From Gemmatimonadales bacterium (lineage in GTDB: Bacteria; Gemmatimonadota; Gemmatimonadetes; Gemmatimonadales; GWC2-71-9), in the NCBI GenBank assembly GCA_041615815.1, contig JBFJCP010000002.1, forward strand, positions 32,001-96,000: a stretch of DNA of 64,000 bases, written 5' to 3'. Of the stretch, positions 29,527 through 39,564 are shown in pieces. Under the pieces are notes generated by a model. The model did no database searches. It had not been told where the DNA came from and worked only from the letters and a program-made list of their open reading frames with translations. How positions within the stretch are numbered: position 1 is the first letter of the stretch; the number at the start of each line of letters is the position of its first letter. The translations under genes were made by a program, and so were the position numbers.

Positions 29527-31352
29527 CACGCCCTCCGCTCGAGGGGCGTGCGGGCCCAGAGCGCGACAGCGACAATGACCGTTGCCACGAGGATGAGGAT
29601 CACCGTCGAAAACGTGGGCACCCGGATTGGGGTGGCCGCGGTCACACCGTTGACCGAGGCAAAGACCGTCGTCTCGCCCCGAGCAACGCCCGTGACGGTG
29701 GCGCTGGCGACCCCCGACCCGTCCGTGACCACTGCCGCGGGAGCCACGGTCGCCAGGCTGGCGTCGTTGGTGGAAAAGTTGACGGTGACCCCGGCTTCCG
29801 GGCTCCCGCCGCGGGTGACCGTTGCGCGGACCGTGGTGGTCTCCCCGATGCCGAGTGCGCGATCGGGGTCCAGCACCGCGGTAATGAACAGCGCGGGTGT
29901 CCCCCGAATGGCGTTGAGCAGACCCGCGCCGCAGAGCTCGGGACACTGGGTGGACGAGCGCGGCAGCGCGTTGGATTGCAATTCGGTGAGGAGCTGCGCG
30001 GGCGTGAGTCCGGGGTCGCTCGCGAGCCAAAGGGCTGCGACTCCCGCGACGTGGGGGGCAGCCATCGATGTCCCATTGAAGTACGCGTAGCCGCCCTGAA
30101 CCATGCTGAGCACGCCGTCGGGATCGCCGTCCAGGTTGTCGTCCCGTTGTACGTCGCCGCCAGGAGCTAAGATCTCAATGGTGGTCCCGAAATTCGAGTA
30201 CCGTGACACGAGACGCCCCCGCGCGTCGCTCGCCGCGACAGTAACGACGTTGTTGCAGCTGGCCGGCATCACCTGCGAGGCGTCTACCGCGTCGTTTCCG
30301 GCGGCCACGACGACGGTGGCGCCGGCATTCACCGCGTCGTTGATCGCGGATTGCGTCGAGGGCGATGCCGAACACGGCACGCCCGGCGGAGTGCCGAGAC
30401 TCATGTTGATGACGCGTGCCGGCGTCGGGTTCAACGGCGCTCCGGCCACTGGTAACCCGGCAGCCCACCGAATGGCATCGTTGATGTCGGCCGTACTTGC
30501 TCCGCACTTCCCGAGCACCCGCACCGGCAACACACCCACGCGCCAGTTCACGCCCGCTACCCCCACGGTGTTGTCGGTGTTGCCGACCCCGACCGTGCCG
30601 GCCACGTGGGTGCCATGCCAGCTGTTGGGCAGGGCCGGGCTCCCCGGAAAGCACTCGCCCGCGGCGGCCGCGTCCCCCGGATCGGTGGGATCGGCATCGC
30701 GGCCATCACCGTCGTTGGCGGTCGACGGATCGCTGATCATATCGAATCCAGAGAGCAGATTGGGCGATCCGGCAATGTCGGGGTGAGCGGGGAGGATCCC
30801 CGTATCCAGGATCGCGATGACGATCCCGCCGTCCCCAGTCCCCGCATCCCACGCCCGGGGGAGGCCGATCCCACCCGGCGATTCGCCGCTGCCCGAACCG
30901 TTATTCAAGTAGTGCCACTGCTGCGCGAATCGAGGGTCGTTGGGTAGGACATCCGGCGCTACCATTGGCCGTGCGAGATAGAGGATGAAATTCGGCTGAG
31001 CGAATTCGACGTCCGGTCGGTTCTGCAAGCGACGCGCCACCGCCCATGTGCTATCTCGGGCCTGTCCGGCGTCATATGTGGCAACGACGGGCGGTGGGAT
31101 CCGGTAGATGTATTCGCCGCCGGCCATGCGCCGTGGAGCCTCCTCGAGCCCATAACTGGCCAGTGTAGCGGCGGACATCGTCATCTGACCAGCCATCTTC
31201 ACGATGATCTCGCCAGGAACGAAGACGGGACGGGCGGGTACGTTTCGCTCGAACAGTGTCTGCACCTGTTGAGGGGTCAATTCCTGCGACGAGACTGGAG
31301 GAACCGTGAGCGTGCTGCCAAGTACGAAGAACCCGATGACGGCGGTTCGCAT
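29526..31352 (-). CDS. S8 subtilase with Ig-like (Big-1-like) domain and IPTL-CTERM-like sorting signal
   Basis: ILDTG, HGTHVAG, AAGN, GTSMAAPHV; ends VPTFSTVILILVATVIVAVALWARTPLERRA. Confidence 0.9.
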   Translation of the reverse strand: MRTAVIGFFVLGSTLTVPPVSSQELTPQQVQTLFERNVPARPVFVPGEIIVKMAGQMTMSAATLASYGLEEAPRRMAGGEYIYRIPPPVVATYDAGQARDSTWAVARRLQNRPDVEFAQPNFILYLARPMVAPDVLPNDPRFAQQWHYLNNGSGSGESPGGIGLPRAWDAGTGDGGIVIAILDTGILPAHPDIAGSPNLLSGFDMISDPSTANDGDGRDADPTDPGDAAAAGECFPGSPALPNSWHGTHVAGTVGVGNTDNTVGVAGVNWRVGVLPVRVLGKCGASTADINDAIRWAAGLPVAGAPLNPTPARVINMSLGTPPGVPCSASPSTQSAINDAVNAGATVVVAAGNDAVDASQVMPASCNNVVTVAASDARGRLVSRYSNFGTTIEILAPGGDVQRDDNLDGDPDGVLSMVQGGYAYFNGTSMAAPHVAGVAALWLASDPGLTPAQLLTELQSNALPRSSTQCPELCGAGLLNAIRGTPALFITAVLDPDRALGIGETTTVRATVTRGGSPEAGVTVNFSTNDASLATVAPAAVVTDGSGVASATVTGVARGETTVFASVNGVTAATPIRVPTFSTVILILVATVIVAVALWARTPLERRA

Positions 31353-31477
31353 GGATCCGCTCCTTTCCGCGAGGACCGGTTGCCACTTCTAAAGGTCTGA
31401 GAGATGTTTGGAACGTATGCGCGAGAATATACGATGGAACGGCTCGCTCAAGTGAGCCAGATCACTGGTAGACGATC

Positions 31478-31918
31478 ATGTCACCAATCATGAAGCTCGT
31501 GACGTCGGCGTTGCTGGCGAGCGGGGCCATGTGCTCGGCTGGCATACCGGAGAGCGAACCCGCACCCCAGCCCGAAGTCGAATTCACGGTGGTCGGGGCC
31601 GTCGAAACGCAGGGGTCCGACACGGTCTCGGTGCAGGCCACAGCCCCGGGAGAGGTCATCTTGGTAGGGCGCATCTCCACACCCACCCCATGCTACCAGC
31701 TGGAGTCCGAATTACGGGGATCCGGCGATGACCTGACACTCGAGATCGCGGCCCGCGCGCTCCCCCGCATCTGCCCCCAAGTGCTTGCAGCGTATGAATA
31801 TCGTGCGCGCCTGTACCGGCTCGGCGTTGGCAAGTATCGCATGACGGTTGTGCACGCTTATCCCGAGTCGGGATGGGAAGGACGATCCTACGAGATCCGG
31901 GTGGAGATTCCCGGGTGA
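31478..31918 (+). CDS. Exported small protein, PrcB-C-like
   Basis: Signal peptide; TPTPCYQL...ICPQVL pattern; start may be the second Met. Confidence 0.55.
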   Translation: MSPIMKLVTSALLASGAMCSAGIPESEPAPQPEVEFTVVGAVETQGSDTVSVQATAPGEVILVGRISTPTPCYQLESELRGSGDDLTLEIAARALPRICPQVLAAYEYRARLYRLGVGKYRMTVVHAYPESGWEGRSYEIRVEIPG

Positions 31919-31935
31919 GGAGCGCCGGCTGAACC

Positions 31936-32973
31936 CTAGGACCGTTCGACAACGGTCGGGGCCACGGGAGCCCCCTCCTGCAGTCGCTCCAACCCACCAA
32001 CCACCACCAGCTCACCAACCTGGATGCCCTCGACCACTTCCACGAAGCCAGGTGTCCGAATTCCGAGGACGACCTGCCGCCGCGTCGCCGCATTCTCCTC
32101 GACGACCCAAATGTAATCGGCGCCCTGCAGCGGCAAGATGGCGTCCTCGGGAACGACCACGGCGCTGGGCCGTACGTCCGTAACCAACCGCGCTTCGATG
32201 AACATGCCGGGCTTGAGCTCCCGGCGGCGATTCGATACCCGCGCCTTGACGGTGATCGTTCTTGCCGGAAGACGCACTACGGGATCCACGAAATCCACGA
32301 CGCCGGTGAACTCTCGATTCTCGGCGGCCGCCACCCGGAAGGTCACCTCCTGACCCACGCGAAGCCGGTCCGCATACCGTTCCGGAACCGGGAACGTTGC
32401 GCGCTGCGGGTCCGCCGTCTGCAACGTGGTGAGCCGCGTGGACGTGGTCACGTAGTCACCAAGGCTCACGAATCTTTGGCCTACCACACCGGCAAACGGC
32501 GCACGAACGGTGGTTCGTGCCAGACGGACCTGCTGCAGCTCCAGCTGTGCTCGCGTGCTTCGCGCGTTGGCTTCGGCCGCCTCGAGATCCGCCTCGGATG
32601 ATGCATTTCGCTCGAGGAGCTCTTGCGTTCGCCTGAGTGCCTGTTGAGCCAGATCGCGTTCGGCCTCGAGCTGGGCCACCTGCGCCCGCAACTGGGCGTC
32701 GTCCACCTTGAAGAGCGGGTGGTCCTTCGCCACTTCGGCACCTTCCCGCACGAGGATCTCAACCAACCGTCCCTCGATCTCAGGACGTAATTCGATGTAT
32801 TGCACGGCTTCGATCGCACCGGTAGCGAAGATGGCATCGACGACGGTGTCGCTCCGGGCCTCGGCAACCTCGACCGGGATGGGCGGGAACCCACCACCAC
32901 CATTGTTGGCAGATTCGGCTCGCTGACAACCTACGAAAACGAGAGCCACAAGAACGAGCGCGTGGTACTTCAC
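31936..32973 (-). CDS. RND efflux periplasmic adaptor
   Basis: FVGC lipobox, VRAPFAGVVG, LKPGMF. Confidence 0.92.
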   Translation of the reverse strand: MKYHALVLVALVFVGCQRAESANNGGGGFPPIPVEVAEARSDTVVDAIFATGAIEAVQYIELRPEIEGRLVEILVREGAEVAKDHPLFKVDDAQLRAQVAQLEAERDLAQQALRRTQELLERNASSEADLEAAEANARSTRAQLELQQVRLARTTVRAPFAGVVGQRFVSLGDYVTTSTRLTTLQTADPQRATFPVPERYADRLRVGQEVTFRVAAAENREFTGVVDFVDPVVRLPARTITVKARVSNRRRELKPGMFIEARLVTDVRPSAVVVPEDAILPLQGADYIWVVEENAATRRQVVLGIRTPGFVEVVEGIQVGELVVVGGLERLQEGAPVAPTVVERS

Positions 32974-34268
32974 GGAAGATTCTCCTGCCCGAGGAGTCGG
33001 CGGCCAAGGATCGCCTCCAGGCCGGCCAAGGCAAGTCGAGTGCCGTACCGGGCCTCTGCCCGGCCTGCCTCGGCCTCGGCGAGACTCACTTGTGCCGTGA
33101 TGAGGTCGATGATGGTCGTGGCACCTGAACGATACCGTTCTTCCTGCACGCGGAGATTCTCCCGTGCAACGAGCACCGCGCGCGCCGCCAGCTCGGAACT
33201 CGCACGCGCCGTGTTGTAGTTCTCATACGCTTCGATGACGTCGCGGCGCACTCCCCGTTCCGTGTCCTCCCGAACCGCCTGCGCAATGTCGCGGCTCGAC
33301 AACGCACGGGAGAGCTCGACCTCTCGCTGTGCATTGTTCCAGACGGGCACGCTGACGCGAAATCCCGCCAGCGACCGCGTGGTAGCCGAGGGGAAGAACT
33401 GATCGTCGAACGTCGTGATCTGCCCAAACAGATCGAGCTGGGGCAGGTACGCCCCGCGCGCCACGGACACTGCGGCGGCGGCGGCCCGCTCACCGGCTCG
33501 CGCCCCGAGCACCTGCGGGCTTCGCGCCGCCGCCTCGGCAACGGCCTCGGTTTCGGAGATCGGCAGCGCCGGCGCCGGTATCGTATCCAGCGGTGCTGCG
33601 TCTACCGGTCCTTCCGCCCCGACCCGACGTCCCAGTTGCAGACGCGACACTTTGAGGAAGGCCGCCTGGCGCAAAAGCTCAACCTGCGCTTGGGTGAGTT
33701 CGAGGAGGAGCTGGAGCGAATCGGTTTGTACAGCGGCGCCGGCCAATACCCGCGCGCGCGCCACGGCCAACTGTTCACCAGCGCGCCGCACTCGCTCACG
33801 GGCCACCCCGGTCAACTCCCGTTGAAGCAGGACGTCGTAGTAATCGGACTCCGTTCCCAATGCCATCTGAAATCTCGCCGCCGTCTCGTCGGCCTCCGCT
33901 CGCCGCAGCTCGGCATTGGCCTGGCGGAGTCCCGCCACCTTGCCACCACCTCGAAAGAGGGTATAGCTACCTTCGAGCCGGAAGTCGACGATCTGACTGG
34001 CCAACTCTCCTGTCCCGATATTGAAAAACTCACTCGAAAAACGCGTTGCTGATGTCTGCGCCTGAATTGATGGCAACACGAAGGCCAATCGTGCCGAACG
34101 CCGTCCCCAGGCAGCATCACCCACCTCGTTCAACGCCGCCACATAATCGGGATCGAGCCTCGTCGCTCGTCGCAGCGCTTCGGCGAGGGACACCATCGGT
34201 ATCGAGTCTCCATGCAGCGGCGCGACCGGCGGGGTGGCCAGCTGGAAGAGCAGGACGAGTTTGATCAC
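32970..34268 (-). CDS. TolC family outer membrane protein
   Basis: Two OEP repeats; ERYRSGATTIIDLITAQ. Confidence 0.9.
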   Translation of the reverse strand: MIKLVLLFQLATPPVAPLHGDSIPMVSLAEALRRATRLDPDYVAALNEVGDAAWGRRSARLAFVLPSIQAQTSATRFSSEFFNIGTGELASQIVDFRLEGSYTLFRGGGKVAGLRQANAELRRAEADETAARFQMALGTESDYYDVLLQRELTGVARERVRRAGEQLAVARARVLAGAAVQTDSLQLLLELTQAQVELLRQAAFLKVSRLQLGRRVGAEGPVDAAPLDTIPAPALPISETEAVAEAAARSPQVLGARAGERAAAAAVSVARGAYLPQLDLFGQITTFDDQFFPSATTRSLAGFRVSVPVWNNAQREVELSRALSSRDIAQAVREDTERGVRRDVIEAYENYNTARASSELAARAVLVARENLRVQEERYRSGATTIIDLITAQVSLAEAEAGRAEARYGTRLALAGLEAILGRRLLGQENLP

Positions 34269-37200
34269 GACTGCGCCTCCACTGGGCGAAGCGCCGGTGC
34301 CCGACGCCGCGCTCGGTGCCGCAGCGCGTCGAGCAACACGTATACCACGGGAACCAGATAGAGCGTCAGTACCGTCGAAAAGAGCATCCCACCCACGATG
34401 GCGTAGCCCAGCGGCCGCCGGCTGGCTGACCCCGCGCCGAGACCGAGCGCAATAGGGAGCGTTGCCGAGATCGTCGCGACAGAGGTCATGAGAATGGGAC
34501 GCAAGCGGATTCGGCCCGACTCCAGCACGGCTTCCACGGTTGAGAGTCCCTTGGCCGTGAGCTGGTTCGCGTATTCCACGAGCAGAATCGAGTTCTTGGT
34601 AACCAGCCCGATCAGGAGGATCATTCCAATCTGGCTATACAGGTTGATCGTCGAGCCCGCGATCAACAGGGTCACGAGCGCCCCGGTAACCGCCAAGGGC
34701 ACCGCCATCAACACGGTGAACGGATGGACCAGCGACTCGAATTGGGCCGCCAGCACCATGAACACGACCACAAGGGCCAGAATGAACGCGTAATAGAGCG
34801 CGGTTCCACTTTCCGCGAGCTCTCGTGATTCCCCGGCCAACGCGATGCTCGCGCCTCGCGGCAAGACCTCCGCGCCAGCGGTCCGAAGCGAATCGAGCGC
34901 CTGCCCGAGCGTGAAACCGGGCGCCAAGTTCCCGGAGAGCGTGAAGGACCGGACTCGGCCGAAATGGTTGAGTTGGCGGGGCCCGATCCCCTCTTCGATT
35001 TGCGCCACGGCGTCGAGGTTGACCAGCGCCCCGTCCCGGCCCCGCACGTACAGCCCACGTATGTCACTCGGCGTGGCGCGCTCGTCTCTCTCCAGCTGCA
35101 CCATGACGTCGTAGACCTTACTGTTGCGCGTAAACGTGCTCACCTGCCGGCCACCCAAGAGGGACTGTAACGCAGACGATACGTCCCGAATCGCCACGCC
35201 GAGATCCTCCGCCCGGTCGCGGTCGTAGCGGACCGTGAGCTCCGGTTTGTTCACCCTGAGATCCGTATCCACGTTGATCAAACCGGGGATCTGGCGGGCC
35301 CGCGCCACGAGCCGATCCATGCCCACGCCGAGGGAATCGAAATCGGGATGCCGGACCACGAACTGGACAGGGCTCTGAAATCCGAAGGCCGGCGGCTGGT
35401 TTGCGAAGATAGAGGCACCGGGAATCCCAAAGAACTGGGGCTGCACTTCACCAATGACGTCTTGCACACCGCGGTCTCGTTCCGACCAGTCACGCAGGCG
35501 CGAGAAGATGATCCCGGAGTTCACCCGCCCACCCCACCCGATGATGCTGAAGTAGGCTTCGATGTCCTCGGTGTTTCCGAGAATCTCCTCAACCCGGCGT
35601 TGGTACCCATCCGTATAGTCGATCGATGCCCCTTCGGGCGCGACGGTGATCGTGATGAAAAAGCCCCGGTCCTCCGGCGGAATGAACTCACGCTCGAGCG
35701 TCACGAACACAGCACCGGCAAGCACCACGACGCCCGCCGCTCCCCCAACCACATACCAGCGGTGCTTCAAGGCCCAGCCGAGGCTCCGGCCGTACACCTC
35801 CGCGAGCCTGCGAAAGCCGGCTTCCAACGTGTTGAAGAGTCGTCCATGTTGCTTGGGGACGCGCAAGATCTTCGCGCTCAGCATGGCGGTGAGCGTGAGC
35901 GCGACGAACGACGAGATCACCACCGCACCGGCAAGCGCAATACCGAACTCGTTGAAAAGCCGGCCCGTTGTTCCTCGCAGGAAGGCTAGCGGAGAGAACA
36001 CGGCGACGAGGGCCACGGTTGTGGCGATCACCGCGAAAGCGATTTCCCGCGTCCCGTTGGTAGCCGCCGTTTCGGGATCATCACCCAGCTCCTCCTGGTG
36101 TCGATAAGCATTTTCCATCACGATGATGGCGTCGTCGACGACAATGCCGATCGCGAGAATGAGCGCGAGCAGGGTGAAGTTGTTGATCGTGAACCCGAAG
36201 ATGTACAGCAGGCCAAAGGCGGCCACGATAGACGTGGGGATGGCCAATCCGGGAATGATCGTGGCCCGGAGGTTCCGCAAGAATACAAAGATGATGAACA
36301 CGACCAGGATGGCTGCCAAGACGAGCGTCTGCTGAGCCTCCTCGATGGAGCGCCGCACGAACACCGACCCGTCGTACGCTGCCGTGATGTCCACGCCCGG
36401 CGGGAGCGCCTCGCGAATGGCCGGCAACTCCCCGCGTATGGCGTCGGACACCTCGATGAGATTCGCTTTGGACTGGCGAACGACACCGATAGCCACTGCC
36501 GGCGTGCCCTTGAACCGCAGCACGGACCGGTCCTCCTCCGGTCCCAATTCCACCCGTGCCAAATCCTGGAGCTTTACCAGCTGCCCGTCCTGGTTCGCCA
36601 CCGTCACGTTGGCGAACTCATCGGGTGTCTTGAGCTCGCCCATGGACCGCACGGTGAACTCGCGCCGCTCGGATTCGATCCGGCCGGCCGGGATTTCGAC
36701 GTTCCGACTCCGGATCGCCGCCTCCACGTCCTGCACCGTCAGACTCCGAGCGGCAAGCGCCGCGGGGCTCAACCAGATGCGCATCGAGTAGCGACGCTCG
36801 CCAAAGATCTGCGCCCGCCCCACGCCCGGGAGGGATTGCAGCCTGGTCTTCACCTCCCGGTCCCCGATGTCCGAGAGTTGCAGGAGATCGTAGTTCTGCC
36901 CCGACAACGCCAACCAGAAGAAGGGCTGGGCATCGGCATCCTGCTTTTCCACCACCGGCTCTTCGATTTCCTGCGGGAGCCGCCCGCGGATCCTGGACAC
37001 TTTGTCGCGCACGTCCTGTGCAGCATCCTCGATCTTCCGATCGAGGGTGAATTCGAGCGTGATGTTGCTGAATTGCTCCGAGCTGGACGAGGTCAGGGTC
37101 CGAAGTCCCGAGATCGTGCTCAGCTCCTCTTCCAGGATGTCCGTCACCGTGGACTCCATGACGCGCGGGTTTGCCCCACGGAGCACCGTAGAAACCGAGA

Positions 37201-37333
37201 CAATGGGCGGATCGACATCCGGGAACTCCCTCACCGGGAGACGGAAAAAGCCGATCGCGCCAAAGAGCACGAGTGCGGCGCTCATCATGCTGGCGAGCAC
37301 CGGACGGCGAATGGCCGTATCGGAGAGCTTCAC
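34265..37333 (-). CDS. RND efflux permease (AcrB family)
   Basis: IRRPV, AIGIVVDDAIIVMEN, GLVTKNSILLVEYA, RLRPILMT. Confidence 0.96.
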   Translation of the reverse strand: MKLSDTAIRRPVLASMMSAALVLFGAIGFFRLPVREFPDVDPPIVSVSTVLRGANPRVMESTVTDILEEELSTISGLRTLTSSSSEQFSNITLEFTLDRKIEDAAQDVRDKVSRIRGRLPQEIEEPVVEKQDADAQPFFWLALSGQNYDLLQLSDIGDREVKTRLQSLPGVGRAQIFGERRYSMRIWLSPAALAARSLTVQDVEAAIRSRNVEIPAGRIESERREFTVRSMGELKTPDEFANVTVANQDGQLVKLQDLARVELGPEEDRSVLRFKGTPAVAIGVVRQSKANLIEVSDAIRGELPAIREALPPGVDITAAYDGSVFVRRSIEEAQQTLVLAAILVVFIIFVFLRNLRATIIPGLAIPTSIVAAFGLLYIFGFTINNFTLLALILAIGIVVDDAIIVMENAYRHQEELGDDPETAATNGTREIAFAVIATTVALVAVFSPLAFLRGTTGRLFNEFGIALAGAVVISSFVALTLTAMLSAKILRVPKQHGRLFNTLEAGFRRLAEVYGRSLGWALKHRWYVVGGAAGVVVLAGAVFVTLEREFIPPEDRGFFITITVAPEGASIDYTDGYQRRVEEILGNTEDIEAYFSIIGWGGRVNSGIIFSRLRDWSERDRGVQDVIGEVQPQFFGIPGASIFANQPPAFGFQSPVQFVVRHPDFDSLGVGMDRLVARARQIPGLINVDTDLRVNKPELTVRYDRDRAEDLGVAIRDVSSALQSLLGGRQVSTFTRNSKVYDVMVQLERDERATPSDIRGLYVRGRDGALVNLDAVAQIEEGIGPRQLNHFGRVRSFTLSGNLAPGFTLGQALDSLRTAGAEVLPRGASIALAGESRELAESGTALYYAFILALVVVFMVLAAQFESLVHPFTVLMAVPLAVTGALVTLLIAGSTINLYSQIGMILLIGLVTKNSILLVEYANQLTAKGLSTVEAVLESGRIRLRPILMTSVATISATLPIALGLGAGSASRRPLGYAIVGGMLFSTVLTLYLVPVVYVLLDALRHRARRRAPALRPVEAQS

Positions 37334-37723
37334 AAAGACCTCACTGCGCGATTCTGGTCGTCGGAAGGTAGCGGGGTCGACATTCCTTTAGAATGCCGGG
37401 ATTCACCGCAGGTGCCAGGCGGGCTGGGTGAACGGCCGGACGGACCTGCCAAACAGGCATCCTAGAGGGTCGGTCCGCGGTGGGCCGATGGTCATCGGGG
37501 AGGGGGCCAGCTTGGTGTTCCGCTCGATCTCGGGGGATCCCCTTCCGCAGTCTCGGATCAAGCGTTCGCCCGAACAGCCACTCTGGCAAAGACGCTCGTT
37601 CTCCGCGCCGACGTGCACGGGGTTCGACGCGCGGCGCTAGAAGTCGCCGGATCGGGATCAGCACCGGGCGGCTTCCGACGTCTCTCTGGGCAGGGTGCTT
37701 CTGGTGTTTGAGCGGGTGCGGAA

Positions 37724-37942
37724 CTAGCCCCGATCGTCAGGCCGCCCCTGATGACGTATCTCGAGCGCCAGCAGCAGCGTCGCCACCGTTCCCCCCACCA
37801 AGAGCGCAGCAAGCCAATTGACGGGACCACCCGCTCCAATCAACCCCGACCATACCGCCGAGACCAGCGTGTAGATGACCGCTGCGGTCACGAACGCCAC
37901 CAGCGCATAGCCGAGCAGCGGGAGGACTCGAGCCGCCGTCAC
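37724..37942 (-). CDS. Small two-TM membrane protein
   Basis: GTG start overlaps the upstream TGA; two hydrophobic helices. Confidence 0.5.
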   Translation of the reverse strand: MTAARVLPLLGYALVAFVTAAVIYTLVSAVWSGLIGAGGPVNWLAALLVGGTVATLLLALEIRHQGRPDDRG

Positions 37943-38238
37943 ATCCCCCGGGGCACCCGTTCCATTTCGATCCACGCCACGGGGCGGAACGGGTCCTCTC
38001 GAGCGTCTGTCGGCAGATCGGCATCCACGAACTGCCACAGGGGGCAGTCCTTGGGCCGGACCCCGAGCGGACAGGAGCCATCCTGGTTGCGGCACTCGTC
38101 GAGGCAGAAGGCCTGCGCGGCGCCTTTGACCCTGCTGGTACTCTTGGGAGCGAAGAGTGCCAGGCCTTCCGCTCGCATCACGATGAGGGCCATCACGGTG
38201 GCGAGAAGTACGATGGCAATGACCATGAGGGGTGGCAT
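37939..38238 (-). CDS. Small membrane-anchored Cys-rich protein
   Basis: N-terminal TM, C-x3-C-x6-C-x8-CP; AAGGAGG RBS. Confidence 0.6.
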   Translation of the reverse strand: MPPLMVIAIVLLATVMALIVMRAEGLALFAPKSTSRVKGAAQAFCLDECRNQDGSCPLGVRPKDCPLWQFVDADLPTDAREDPFRPVAWIEMERVPRGM

Positions 38239-38325
38239 GGTCGCCTCCTTGAGCCGGTTTTCCTTTATAGAGTCGTGAATCGCGGGTGAAGGGCCGGTGA
38301 AGGAACCCTGAAGTCCCGCTCGCCG

Positions 38326-38730
38326 TCAGCGCGCGCTCTTCCGGCTCGCCCGCCAAGCGTCGATGCTGAAGCCCCCCGCCCCGACGGTGGACAGGTAGAG
38401 GAACACGAAGCAGTACACGGCCACGAGCTCGCCCCGATTGGCCCACCACCACAGGCCGCCCCTGGGCACGTGCATCCAGAAGTAGGCCACCGCCATCTCA
38501 CCGGACACCAGAAACGCGACCGGCTGGGTGAACACCCCGAAGACGATCAGCAGGCCACCAAAGAATTCGATGATCCCCGCAGCACCAAAACGGCTCATCA
38601 GCTCCACCGGCTCATCCCGACCGAACCAGGCAAACAGTTTCTGCGCGCCGTGGGACCAGTACATGAGACCGACCATGATGCGCATGGCAGGGTGGGCGAT
38701 GGGTCGAAGCTGCGACAAGAGCTGATTCAT
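38326..38730 (-). CDS. DoxX family membrane protein
   Basis: HGAQKLF, AFLVSGEMAVAYF, GAGGFSID. Confidence 0.9.
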   Translation of the reverse strand: MNQLLSQLRPIAHPAMRIMVGLMYWSHGAQKLFAWFGRDEPVELMSRFGAAGIIEFFGGLLIVFGVFTQPVAFLVSGEMAVAYFWMHVPRGGLWWWANRGELVAVYCFVFLYLSTVGAGGFSIDAWRASRKSAR

Positions 38731-38764
38731 TCGCGGTATTCTCGGTCAGAGGGAAGTAGAGCGG

Positions 38765-39469
38765 TCACGGTCTGCGACTGATCACCCAAATATAGGCGGC
38801 GACCGCTTGCACGTCCGCGTCGCTGATGGCCGAACCTCCGCGTGGCGGCATGGCGATGCCGCCGCGCGACCGCTCCGCTGGCACCCCCGTCAAGATCTGC
38901 TGCACAATGGCCAGGTAGCTGCCTTTGGCATGGAGCCATACTTCGTCAGTCAGGTTGGGTCCGACGCGTCCCCGGGCGTCTCCGGCGTGGCAATTGTCGC
39001 ACCCGCCCTTGCCGTGGAAGATCTCTCCGCCCCACTCCACCATGGCCGGCGTGACACCGGGCGGAAAGGAGTCACCGGATTCCGGGTGACTGAGCTTCCA
39101 GACGAACGCCGCCACGGACTGGACTTCATGGTCCGTGAGATTCGCTCCACCTTTGGGCGCCATCGCCACGCCGCTCACTGATTTATTCGAGGGCACCCCC
39201 ACCAAGATCTGGCTCACCACCTCCAGGTAGTTCCCTTTGGCATGCCACCAATTGTCATCCGTGAGGTCGGGACCGAGCGAACCGTGGGCGTCCTCACCGT
39301 GACAGTTGGCACACCCTCCCGCGCCTTCGAAGATCTGTCTTCCATGACGGACCATGTGGGGGGTCACCCCCGGCGGGAGGGAGTCCGGGATGGCGATGTC
39401 CGCTTGTGCAGCCAACGGTGCGGCACTCACCAGCGAGCCGATGACGAGGAGAGTCGAAGTAAGCCTCAT
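38765..39469 (-). CDS. Periplasmic diheme cytochrome c (tandem CcoP-like domains)
   Basis: Signal peptide; CANCH...GPDLTD..W...MAP and CDNCH...GPNLTD..W...MPP. Confidence 0.88.
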   Translation of the reverse strand: MRLTSTLLVIGSLVSAAPLAAQADIAIPDSLPPGVTPHMVRHGRQIFEGAGGCANCHGEDAHGSLGPDLTDDNWWHAKGNYLEVVSQILVGVPSNKSVSGVAMAPKGGANLTDHEVQSVAAFVWKLSHPESGDSFPPGVTPAMVEWGGEIFHGKGGCDNCHAGDARGRVGPNLTDEVWLHAKGSYLAIVQQILTGVPAERSRGGIAMPPRGGSAISDADVQAVAAYIWVISRRP

Positions 39470-39564
39470 CGCAAGCACACCTCAGAGGAAAGAACACCGT
39501 GGTCGCTTCGTTGCCGGCCACAGGGGACGAGTCCGGAAGCACTCATCGGGGCGGGCGTCACGCC

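Noticed and set aside
37334..37723. ncRNA or small gene upstream of the RND permease
   Set aside because: No recognisable RNA motif; ORFs lack RBS or protein-like features
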